From positions 660,001-692,000 of the forward strand of contig NC_020409.1 of the NCBI RefSeq assembly GCF_000341895.1: 32,000 nt of DNA. The letters are read 5' to 3'. Below the pieces are notes generated by a model, which did no database searches, was not told the origin of the DNA, and saw only the letters and a list, made by a program, of their open reading frames with translations. Both the position numbers and the translations under genes were made by a program. Origin of the DNA: Pseudodesulfovibrio piezophilus C1TLV30. Its GTDB lineage: Bacteria; Desulfobacterota; Desulfovibrionia; Desulfovibrionales; Desulfovibrionaceae. Shown here piece after piece: positions 7,650 through 14,925 of the stretch (within the stretch, counting starts at the first letter, position 1; each line of letters starts with the position of its first letter).

Positions 7650-8237
7650 TTACCACCCCATGAAATTGCGAATTCTCAACTCTTCCTGTCGAGCTTGCTC
7701 ATGAGTGCTCATTGACAAAACCTGTTCAGGTTTGGCTCCAGCCCGGAAAAACAAATGCAAAGTTCCTTGGGAAAAATTAGAGCTACCAACAGAGTGGCTC
7801 CTTTCTCCTGCACCAACGTCACGCAAATCTGAAAGCCGGTACATCTCCCCGCCGAAATAGATAGCGTCGGCCCCACGATCAATCACCAGGTAGCCTCCAC
7901 GTCGATACTTAGCCGGCACGTAGAAATCGACCTGGATCTCACCGCACTCAATCGCTCGTTTAATTCTATTGTAGGTAGGCACAGCGAATATGTGACTGAA
8001 TGCAAATAAAAGCGTGATAATGCCCACCGGAACGAGAAACCAAAAGGCTATAAGAGACCAAAAGGCAGCAATATCATTCATGCCGAGTGCAGCAGACACG
8101 ATCAGTAGAGTAACAACAACTCCTAGCCCTTTTAAATCCCTGACCACAGGGTTTAGGCCAATGATATCCTTCAGCTGATCCTTGACAGAATTACCCCCTT
8201 CTTGACTGAAGGGAATACTGTTCGTGCTAAAATTCAT
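7650..8237 (-). CDS. Hypothetical two-TM membrane protein (candidate entry-exclusion-type protein by position only)
   Basis: 195 aa. SD GGAGG upstream of the ATG. Two adjacent hydrophobic helices (VVVTLLIVSAALGM and AFWSLIAFWFLVPVGIITLLFAF) are followed by a ~110-aa soluble domain. I recognised no family motif. Confidence 0.6.
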   Translation of the reverse strand: MNFSTNSIPFSQEGGNSVKDQLKDIIGLNPVVRDLKGLGVVVTLLIVSAALGMNDIAAFWSLIAFWFLVPVGIITLLFAFSHIFAVPTYNRIKRAIECGEIQVDFYVPAKYRRGGYLVIDRGADAIYFGGEMYRLSDLRDVGAGERSHSVGSSNFSQGTLHLFFRAGAKPEQVLSMSTHEQARQEELRIRNFMGW

Positions 8238-8273
8238 ATGGCCTCCATTTCAGAATTGATTTCGAACTCTCAA

Positions 8274-8294
8274 ATACGTATAAAGTATACGTAT
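8274..8294. promoter_or_regulatory. Operator-like palindrome upstream of the 195-aa gene
   Basis: ATACGTATA-AAG-TATACGTAT: perfect 9-bp arms. It lies 37-57 nt upstream of the ATG at 8237 and 35 nt downstream of the stop of the 761-aa gene. Confidence 0.35.
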
Positions 8295-8328
8295 GATTGT
8301 TAAAAAAATCAATTTCATTCTATGAGTC

Positions 8329-10602
8329 TCAATCTCGGTCAAGCAAATTCGAGCCAGCCCCTCCCGTCCCTTCAACCACTTCTGACACCTCTCCAGGCCT
8401 ATTGGGGTTATATCCAGAGCTTCCTCCAGAGGATTCACCACCTCCCTTCTTACCTTGGTTATCACCTCTCTGAGGCTTGCTACTAGGCTTAGGGGAACTA
8501 TGCGTCACATTCCCCACACCTCCCATAATTATTTGCCTCATAGAATCAGCATGTCCTGCGAGGCCCATTGTAGAAGCCTGATGACCTATCCAACTCATAA
8601 CTTTACGCGGCAGGTGAGAATAGCCTTGGGAGCAAAGGAAAGAAAACATATAGACGAAAAGTACACTCATGATAATACACATGAAGAAACTAGTTAAAAT
8701 GCCTGTATGGGATGAAACCGAACTAATATCTGCATTCGAATAACTGTAATAAAATGCTTCAAATATTCTAGCGACAATCCAGCCCATCACTCTCATGATC
8801 ATAAATATAATTATAAAACCAGCGACATAGAGAGGTGGTTTAAAAAGAATCTCAAGGAATTGGTAGTATCCCTGACTACCCATTTCGCCTGCAAGGCCGT
8901 CTGCTTGAGTACTCCATGCATGGGCAGCCACCCAAAAAGGTGCGGCTACCATCACTTCTACGACAAGCAACAGAAATCCAACCATAGCAATACACCAATA
9001 CAACATAGGCATAAGAGGTATTACATAGGCAAATATAATTCCGATTGTGTACAGTCCATCAGTAATTTTAACCACCGATTCGGCTATGTACTTTGCCCCT
9101 TCTATACCGGCTCCAGCAGCTCCTTCAAGCTGTCCACCTGTGAAGACACCAACAACTTTCCCAAACAAACTCTCGGTAAAGCCCTCCCCGTAACCTGAGG
9201 CCATGCGCAATCCCAGCCCTGCACTCCAAAGCATGGCACTTGCATCCATTATTCGATGTCCAAATTGCGCGACTACGAGCGTAGGATCTTCATTTTCAAA
9301 GCGATTCAACAGATCTTGGAGGAAAAAACGCCCAGAAAAAGCATATAACGCATCTTCAACCATGCTAGACACATCTCCAGCTAGCATAGCTTGCTTGATG
9401 GACGTACCTACTTGTGATGGATCGGGTTGCGCATTAAATTTCGCATCGCCTACGGATAAGGCTATTCCCAGACCACCAAAAAGAAAATCTTCGGCTTGTC
9501 GGCTAACAGCCTTGGTATCCATTCGGCTCAAGTTAACCGGGCTAGCAACTATATCTCGTGCTTCCCTAGAAAGCTGAGACATCATCAACGGCCATGCGCC
9601 AGCTGCCATCCAGCCAAGTTCTTTAGTCTTGCCAACAAACTTCTGAGAATCTTGTGTGATCTGATATTGAGGGTAGTATGACGCAAAGTTTTGAATGACC
9701 GGCATGACGGAACTTTGATACGCATTAACAGCTGAAATCAGCCAATTGGAATCAGTTTGCTCTACACCGTATACGATTCTGGAGGCAGCCGGGAAAATCA
9801 CATTATTCATAGCTATGATGCCGTTCACTTTCGCCAACATCATAGGGTCTTTGACATCACCAGGGATTTCGATAGTGCCGAGATCCTCTGAATCTAGACC
9901 ACGCCCTGGAGGAACCGCGAATTTAAAAATCCACTTTGGCCTGTCGTTTGAAAACAAGCTGAAGTCATTGGACTCAAGGGTTGAACTATGGGCACTGGTG
10001 GAAAACGGTAAAAAGCCTACCCACACCGGAGAAATTGGCTGGGAACCTCGTTTCAAAAATTCCCTATTCTCATCAATGGACTCTTTGCTAATGTAATTCT
10101 GAACCAAGCCTGCCTGCATCAAAACACGCGCGATATTCTTGGCCTCCTCTTGCATCTGTGGAGGCATTTCAGCCGTGACTGCAGCAAAATTGGATTTAGC
10201 CAAATGATCCATGGAAAAGTAATAGATGCTATTTGCCCAGGTGCATGCCCAACCGAGGCATACAAGAATTCCAGCTTGAAAAAGGGAAATCCCCCCCGAA
10301 AGCATAGGAGTCGTCATGGTCATTCCAAACATGCAACGGATCGGCCACCACACACCATTGAAACGCCTACCTCCGACCGTGCCCTCCTGGGCAGTTCCAC
10401 CCAGAGACATAACAAAGGTCCATATCGACCAACCAACAACCGCCGCCATGAGCAGCGTGTTGATCTCGGAGAGAATTTTGAAAAAGGGGGTGTTGACCGA
10501 GGCGTGCTCTGTAATCGCCCACCAGTTCTCTCCAAATATCTTCGAGAATGCGATCGCGGACATGTCGGTTGGGGAAAGGTCAGGAGAGATAGGTATGGCC
10601 AT
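8329..10602 (-). CDS. Polytopic membrane protein, DotA/TraY-family-like (type IVB secretion / I-type conjugation)
   Basis: The track ORF starts at TTG 10614; ATG 10602 (MAIPISPDLSP) is the likelier start. The N-terminal block SPTDMSAIAFSKIFG...TAQEGTVGGRRFNGVWWPIRCMFGMTMTTP parallels, from memory, the conserved DotA N-terminus PPPTDLSVVFLGNLFG...TAHEGQMLGQKWSSIWVPVRSTIGLALLIP. Topology is an N-terminal TM pair, a ~350-aa extracytoplasmic region and a C-terminal TM bundle. Size is close to IncI TraY. Confidence 0.55.
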   Translation of the reverse strand: MAIPISPDLSPTDMSAIAFSKIFGENWWAITEHASVNTPFFKILSEINTLLMAAVVGWSIWTFVMSLGGTAQEGTVGGRRFNGVWWPIRCMFGMTMTTPMLSGGISLFQAGILVCLGWACTWANSIYYFSMDHLAKSNFAAVTAEMPPQMQEEAKNIARVLMQAGLVQNYISKESIDENREFLKRGSQPISPVWVGFLPFSTSAHSSTLESNDFSLFSNDRPKWIFKFAVPPGRGLDSEDLGTIEIPGDVKDPMMLAKVNGIIAMNNVIFPAASRIVYGVEQTDSNWLISAVNAYQSSVMPVIQNFASYYPQYQITQDSQKFVGKTKELGWMAAGAWPLMMSQLSREARDIVASPVNLSRMDTKAVSRQAEDFLFGGLGIALSVGDAKFNAQPDPSQVGTSIKQAMLAGDVSSMVEDALYAFSGRFFLQDLLNRFENEDPTLVVAQFGHRIMDASAMLWSAGLGLRMASGYGEGFTESLFGKVVGVFTGGQLEGAAGAGIEGAKYIAESVVKITDGLYTIGIIFAYVIPLMPMLYWCIAMVGFLLLVVEVMVAAPFWVAAHAWSTQADGLAGEMGSQGYYQFLEILFKPPLYVAGFIIIFMIMRVMGWIVARIFEAFYYSYSNADISSVSSHTGILTSFFMCIIMSVLFVYMFSFLCSQGYSHLPRKVMSWIGHQASTMGLAGHADSMRQIIMGGVGNVTHSSPKPSSKPQRGDNQGKKGGGESSGGSSGYNPNRPGEVSEVVEGTGGAGSNLLDRD

Positions 10603-10603
10603 A

Positions 10604-11464
10604 CTATTCACCAAGCTCCTTCATCGTCTTTACAACCATGCTTCTAGCTACATCAGTATCAAAACTTAAGCCGCCTATTGTAATCATTGGGGTACTCGTT
10701 GCGTCTAAGAAATGAATGAAGTCTTCCCCCCGCCCCTCAGAAATCAACTTTTCAATCACTGCTCGATGCTGACTTGAGGAGCTTCCCCTCTCTCCTTGAG
10801 CCACTTTCTCGGCCTCCTTCTCAAGTAAATCCAAATTCAATTTTCCCTGTTCGCCAAGAAGCACCATTTTTGCTTTATATGCATCGGCATCTTTTTTGAT
10901 TACCGAACATATATCAATCCACCTCAAGACCTCAGAAGAAAGACAACCACTACTGCCTTTTCTCTTTTTTGTTCTTGTTCTCTTTTGGGGGTTCTCTTCA
11001 AAGAGGTACTGATTCTCTTTGGGTGACATCTTGTCACCGTTGGAGGGGTGACTTTTTGTCGCTCCTAGGGGTGACTTTTTGTCATCCCTAGGGCGACTTT
11101 TTGTCACCCTGTCAGACTCTTGCTTTGTCCGAGTCAAAGCTGAATCAAAAATTGGATGCCAAAGGAAATAATAACGATTGGTTGTCTGCAGACGACTTTT
11201 CTTTCTGAAGCAACGCTCAACTTCAATGAACTTTTTTTCAATCAACTCATTGAGACAGCGTTGTACGGTTCGTCCGCTACAGCCGAGCCCTTCTGCAATG
11301 GTATCAACACCAGGAAAACAATCACCGGTTTCACCTGCATGTTGTGCTAACTTCCCCCAAACAAGTTTAGATGAAAGCTGTAACCCATCGAAACTCGCTA
11401 CAATATCAGGAATAAATAACCCCACAAAAAGCTTGTAAGGCAAAAAGCGCACACCGGGTTGCAT
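10604..11464 (-). CDS. Winged-helix/HTH (HTH_36-like) protein, putative replication initiator of the element
   Basis: 286 aa. The N-terminal LSSKLVWGKLAQHAGETGDCFPGVDTIAEGLGCSGRTVQRCLNELIEKKFIE is the pattern seen in phage/plasmid replication-organiser HTH domains. A basic low-complexity linker is encoded by the iteron-like repeats. The start is 4 nt after the alpA stop. Confidence 0.55.
   Translation of the reverse strand: MQPGVRFLPYKLFVGLFIPDIVASFDGLQLSSKLVWGKLAQHAGETGDCFPGVDTIAEGLGCSGRTVQRCLNELIEKKFIEVERCFRKKSRLQTTNRYYFLWHPIFDSALTRTKQESDRVTKSRPRDDKKSPLGATKSHPSNGDKMSPKENQYLFEENPQKRTRTKKRKGSSGCLSSEVLRWIDICSVIKKDADAYKAKMVLLGEQGKLNLDLLEKEAEKVAQGERGSSSSQHRAVIEKLISEGRGEDFIHFLDATSTPMITIGGLSFDTDVARSMVVKTMKELGE
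11021..11108. repeat. Four phased iteron-like direct repeats (candidate ori) inside the rep-like gene
   Basis: GGGTGACATCTTGTCACC (11021), GGGGTGACTTTTTGTCGC (11045), GGGGTGACTTTTTGTCAT (11068) and GGGCGACTTTTTGTCACC (11091). The period is 22-25 bp. Each unit has the internal dyad GGTGAC/GTCACC. An A/T-rich homopurine tract (about 10950-11000) lies alongside. Confidence 0.6.
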
Positions 11465-11468
11465 AACT

Positions 11469-11672
11469 TTAGCTGGCTGCCGTTTCAGATAGGGAGTCTA
11501 TCAACTCAAGGATATCCTCAACACGCCAAGCCCTTGTTCTTTTCGTCAACTGCACAGGTTTTGGATATTTTCCAGACTTAACCCCACGCAACCAAGTACT
11601 GCGACTGAGGGGAATAACGGCAAGGACTTGAGGCAGGCGAACAAAGCCCACTTGCGGAAAAGGTTGTTTCAT
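11469..11672 (-). CDS. alpA: AlpA-family transcriptional regulator / excisionase-like HTH protein
   Basis: The track ORF starts at 11684 (MEEHM). ATG 11672 has SD GGAGGA upstream. The sequence FVRLPQVLAVIPLSRSTWLRGVKSGKYPKPVQLTKRTRAWRVEDILELI matches the AlpA/MerR-like excisionase pattern. Confidence 0.8.
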   Translation of the reverse strand: MKQPFPQVGFVRLPQVLAVIPLSRSTWLRGVKSGKYPKPVQLTKRTRAWRVEDILELIDSLSETAAS

Positions 11673-11691
11673 ATGTTCCTCCATAGATTAT

Positions 11692-11709
11692 GGCATTCAC
11701 ATGAATGCC
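11692..11709. promoter_or_regulatory. Palindrome immediately upstream of alpA
   Basis: GGCATTCA-CA-TGAATGCC: perfect 8-bp arms, 8-25 nt upstream of ATG 11684. No T-tract follows on the minus strand. Confidence 0.3.
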
Positions 11710-11795
11710 TTTACTCTTGGTGAAACCTTATGGAACAAAATCGATTATTAGTAACATTACAACTACCTCTATTATGAGGTGGTTAAAATGTAGAA

Positions 11796-12563
11796 TTATA
11801 ACTTGAGGTTATTTATAACAAGAGCCCCCAAAGTAGACTCGGCAAAAGGGTTACCAGTAAGACCAAGGGGTTTTTTAGTGTAATCAAGAAACAGTTTAGC
11901 AAACGTTAAAAATGGCCCACTGAACCCTGCGCCATCTGAACGTTTAGCACCACGGCCTTCTCCTCCAGCCTTATGATAATACTTCTGAAGCCATTTCAAG
12001 CAACGTTCAATTGCAAAATTTTCAGGACGCCCAGAAGGATATGGCAAGCTTCTCTCATCCATGATTTTTTTCCTACAAAGAGCAAGATAGTCGCTGACAT
12101 TTTTCCCATCTAGGGCGATTTCTCCGACTTCATCGTCGAATAATTTACATTCTTTGACAACCAACCGAGGAAAACCATCCCCTTCACCCCTATCTACAAA
12201 ACAATTCACAGATGGACGTACATGCTCGTACAGATACAACTTAATTGGATCATATTCATCTTCGCCTAAGGTTCCCGGGGAATCCCACTCGAGAAAAGAC
12301 TCAAGTAATCTACATGCTTTCTCAACATGTTTGAGCAACTCTTTTCTTTCGTCAGCTAAAGGCCTGTCCACACAACCTCTCAGCTGACAAACATATCCCG
12401 CGAGTGCCCTTTTTATACCTTCACGAATGTCTTCGTTTAGCTTTAGGCCTGTCTGTCCCTCTATTGCCTCAAAATTGATCTCAGGAAGGACGTCTAGATT
12501 AACACCGCTCCAAGACTCCCCTTTCCGACCAACAAAAGTATTTAATTTCGACCTTTCGCTCAT
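11796..12563 (-). CDS. Hypothetical protein, ~255 aa, translationally coupled to the integrase gene
   Basis: The track start GTG 12569 overlaps the int stop (GTGA). ATG 12563 has SD AAGGTGGGG inside the int 3' end. The protein is acidic and soluble-looking, and I recognised no motif. Confidence 0.6.
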   Translation of the reverse strand: MSERSKLNTFVGRKGESWSGVNLDVLPEINFEAIEGQTGLKLNEDIREGIKRALAGYVCQLRGCVDRPLADERKELLKHVEKACRLLESFLEWDSPGTLGEDEYDPIKLYLYEHVRPSVNCFVDRGEGDGFPRLVVKECKLFDDEVGEIALDGKNVSDYLALCRKKIMDERSLPYPSGRPENFAIERCLKWLQKYYHKAGGEGRGAKRSDGAGFSGPFLTFAKLFLDYTKKPLGLTGNPFAESTLGALVINNLKL

Positions 12564-12565
12564 AC

Positions 12566-13786
12566 TCACCCCACCTTCTGAGAAAACAATGGAACAACCT
12601 TCCCGCCAGCCTTCAAACTATCCAAATAGTCTGCCCAAGCTTGCATCATTAGTTTACGCTCCGGCAGATGCTCAGCGTAATTGTAGCTCGCCCTCACCTT
12701 GTCTTTAGGCGTGTGGGCCAACTGCCGCTCAATGGCATCCTTATGCCAGCCATGCTCATTTAAAAGTGTTGAAGCCATAGACCTGAAGCCATGCCCTGTC
12801 ATTTCGGTTTTGTCGTATCCAATACGCCGAAGAGATACATTGATCGTATTTTCAGACATCGGGCGTGCCGACGTTCGCACACTTGGAAAGACATACCCAG
12901 AGGGGCCAGTAAGTGGATGAAGTTCTGTTAAGACCTCCACGGCCTGAGTGGACAGGGGGACAATATGGGGACTTCCTCCTTTCATTTTCTCCGCAGGTAT
13001 CCGCCACTCGCTCCCCTCCAAATCAACTTCACCCCATTCTGCGTTCCTGAGTTCTCCTGGACGCACAAAAACCAAGGGAGCGAACCGAAGAGCGCAATGC
13101 ACCACCAAAGTCCCTGAGAAGCCATCTACAGCCCTTAAGAGGGGGCCGATTTCCTTAGGGTCGGTTATCGAAGGATGATGTTTCACCTTCCTCGCAGGAG
13201 GGAGCGCACCCTTGATATCCGCAGCAGGATCTCGCTCAGCTCGTCCGGCAGCCACTGCATAGCGGAAGACCTGGGACATTATTTGACGAATACGCCGAGC
13301 TGTCTCTACGGCTCCTCGTTTCTCGCATCGTTGAACGACTCCAAGCATATCCTCAACGCCAAGCTCCGATATGGGCCTGTCTCCAATGAAGGGGAAGATG
13401 TTCTTCTTCATCCGTTCCATTGTGGTTTTCGCGTGGCGCTCACTCCACCCTGAGCCTACCTGTTTCCCGAACCATTCCCTTGCAATGGCTTCAAATGCCT
13501 CACTTGCACTTGCTTTCCTCTTGTCCTCCTTGCGCTTCCGAGAAGGATCATGACCTTGAGCAATGAGGGTTTTCAGGTCTCCCCGCTTAAGTCGTGCTTC
13601 TTGCAAACTGATGTAAGGATATGGCCCCAGAGACAGCATGGTCCGCTTGCCATTGATTTGGTAGCGAAATCGCCACCACTTACGCCCTTTCGGGTTAACG
13701 ACTAGAGATAGGCCTTCACCATCATTCAGGGTGAATTCTTTGGATTTCGGTTTGGCTGCTTTGATCTTGGCATCTGTCAGCGGCAT
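12566..13786 (-). CDS. int: Tyrosine recombinase, P4-type phage/island integrase
   Basis: 406 aa. The N-terminal MPLTDAKIKAAKPKSKEFTLNDGEGLSLVVNPKGRKWWRFRYQINGKRTMLSLGPYP is the arm-binding domain typical of P4-like integrases. The C-terminal catalytic region includes HGFRSMASTLL and ASYNYAEHL. SD AGGAGAA. It lies 180 nt from a tRNA 3' end. Confidence 0.92.
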   Translation of the reverse strand: MPLTDAKIKAAKPKSKEFTLNDGEGLSLVVNPKGRKWWRFRYQINGKRTMLSLGPYPYISLQEARLKRGDLKTLIAQGHDPSRKRKEDKRKASASEAFEAIAREWFGKQVGSGWSERHAKTTMERMKKNIFPFIGDRPISELGVEDMLGVVQRCEKRGAVETARRIRQIMSQVFRYAVAAGRAERDPAADIKGALPPARKVKHHPSITDPKEIGPLLRAVDGFSGTLVVHCALRFAPLVFVRPGELRNAEWGEVDLEGSEWRIPAEKMKGGSPHIVPLSTQAVEVLTELHPLTGPSGYVFPSVRTSARPMSENTINVSLRRIGYDKTEMTGHGFRSMASTLLNEHGWHKDAIERQLAHTPKDKVRASYNYAEHLPERKLMMQAWADYLDSLKAGGKVVPLFSQKVG

Positions 13787-13803
13787 GTAGTCTTCTCCTG
13801 AGA

Positions 13804-13860
13804 GTGGTATAATGAAAAATGGTATATTTCGATTTATACCATTTTTTGTACCTTTATACC
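13804..13860. repeat. Four TGGTATA/TATACCA heptamers (candidate arm-type recombinase or AlpA sites)
   Basis: TGGTATA at 13804-13810 and 13819-13825; TATACCA at 13834-13840 and 13854-13860. They lie between the int start and the tRNA 3' end. Confidence 0.4.
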
Positions 13861-13902
13861 AGCCATCTCAAGACACCCTATGACACCGCAAGGCACACAA
13901 AA

Positions 13903-13931
13903 AGAAACAAAAAAGCCCTCATTTTGAGGGC
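13903..13931 (-). terminator. Rho-independent terminator downstream of tRNA-Ser
   Basis: AGCCCTC-ATTTT-GAGGGCT hairpin, followed on the minus strand by TTTTTGTTTCTT. Confidence 0.55.
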
Positions 13932-13967
13932 TTATGACACTTTATGAACCAAAGTGATTTTATTCTA

Positions 13968-14059
13968 TGGCGGAGAGGGAGGGATTCGAACCCCCGGACG
14001 AGTTGCCCCGCCTCTGGTTTTCAAGACCAGCGCATTAAACCGAGCTCTGCCACCTCTCC
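13968..14059 (-). tRNA. tRNA-Ser (anticodon UGA), CCA encoded
   Basis: The minus strand reads GGAGAGGTGGCAGAGCTCGGTTTAATGCGCTGGTCTTGAAAACCAGAGGCGGGGCAACTCGTCCGGGGGTTCGAATCCCTCCCTCTCCGCCA. It has a 7-bp acceptor stem, anticodon stem CTGGT/ACCAG with loop CTTGAAA, a long variable arm (class II) and T-arm GGGGG-TTCGAAT-CCCTC. Length 92 nt. Confidence 0.9.
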
Positions 14060-14101
14060 GTGAACTGATTGTTATTTGTTACAATCGAATCCGGGAGAAA
14101 C

Positions 14102-14130
14102 TTTGTAGGAGTGACTCCAAGAATTGTCAA
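14102..14130 (-). promoter_or_regulatory. Sigma-70-like promoter for tRNA-Ser
   Basis: The minus strand reads TTGACA-17 nt-TACAAA, about 40 nt upstream of the mature tRNA 5' end. Confidence 0.35.
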
Positions 14131-14483
14131 GATGAAAACCATGTTAAATGCTTGGGGGTATAAGAATTGGGTTCTCAGAACTTCTTTTGAACAAAATAAC
14201 ACCTACTAAGAGTGAAGAGACACGCTATTGGGTCCTGAAAGTTCATAATTCTAGATGAATATGAACACATTCATCCATGATAAGAGCATGGACATAATTG
14301 TCTTAACAAAACCGATCTTAGTTGTTAGAGAATATTCCATTAAACATGTCAGCAGGTTCGAATCTAGGCGACCTCAAAAGGACTTGATCACGTCCTTTCT
14401 CGTAGCCCCCCCCTTTGACATGTTTCATGGCATATCGTAAGTGAAAAATGAGCAACTATTCATACAAACCGATTGGATAGAGA

Positions 14484-14921
14484 ATGAAAAATCCGCAAGA
14501 TGTTTTTGCAGACTACCTTTCGAACAAGAGTCTCAAGATGACCCCCCAAAGGCGACTCATTTTGGACACGTTCATTAAACAAAATGCCCATCTTTCTTCT
14601 GAAGAACTGTATATCAAGGTCAAAAGAAGAGATAAATCGGTTGGGCAAGCAACGGTCTATAGGACCCTCAAGCTACTCAATGAAGCAGGTCTTATAGAGC
14701 CATTGGACTTTGCAGACGGTGTTACCAGATATGAGCTATCATATGGTGAAACTCACCATGACCACCTCATTTGTGAACAATGTGGGCAAAACATAGAAAT
14801 TCTCGATACGATGATTGAAAAACGCCAGGAAGAGTTGGCGCAAGAGCATGGATTTGCCCTGCTTCGGCACAAGATGTACCTCTATGGTTATTGCAAAGAT
14901 TGTCGTTCGAAGAAAAAATAA
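14484..14921 (+). CDS. Fur-family metalloregulator (Fur/Zur/PerR type not resolved)
   Basis: 145 aa with a winged helix (MTPQRRLILDTF...VGQATVYRTLKLL). It has the HHDHLICEQCG and YGYCKDC metal-site motifs. Confidence 0.85.
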   Translation: MKNPQDVFADYLSNKSLKMTPQRRLILDTFIKQNAHLSSEELYIKVKRRDKSVGQATVYRTLKLLNEAGLIEPLDFADGVTRYELSYGETHHDHLICEQCGQNIEILDTMIEKRQEELAQEHGFALLRHKMYLYGYCKDCRSKKK

Positions 14922-14925
14922 TCTA

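Larger units (their letters stand above)
7531..13967. mobile_element. tRNA-Ser-associated integrative (possibly mobilisable/replicative) element; the int-proximal end abuts the tRNA and the distal end is not identified
   Basis: P4-type int lies next to the tRNA 3' end. It is followed by alpA, a rep-like gene with iterons and a DotA/TraY-like gene, all co-oriented. The left limit given here is only the Tn3 insertion point. Confidence 0.6.

Noticed and set aside
7531-7650. Search for the distal att repeat of the tRNA-Ser island next to the Tn3 end
   Set aside because: No segment here matches the tRNA 3' end beyond trivial 4-5 nt matches. The region is fully accounted for by two terminator hairpins.
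14351-14376. GCAGGTTCGAATCTAGGCGACCTC, resembling a tRNA T-loop and 3' end
   Set aside because: The flanking bases cannot form a T-stem (GCAGG versus CTAGG). There is no acceptor or anticodon arm nearby. It is on the opposite strand and side from the att expected for the island. At most it is a decayed fragment.
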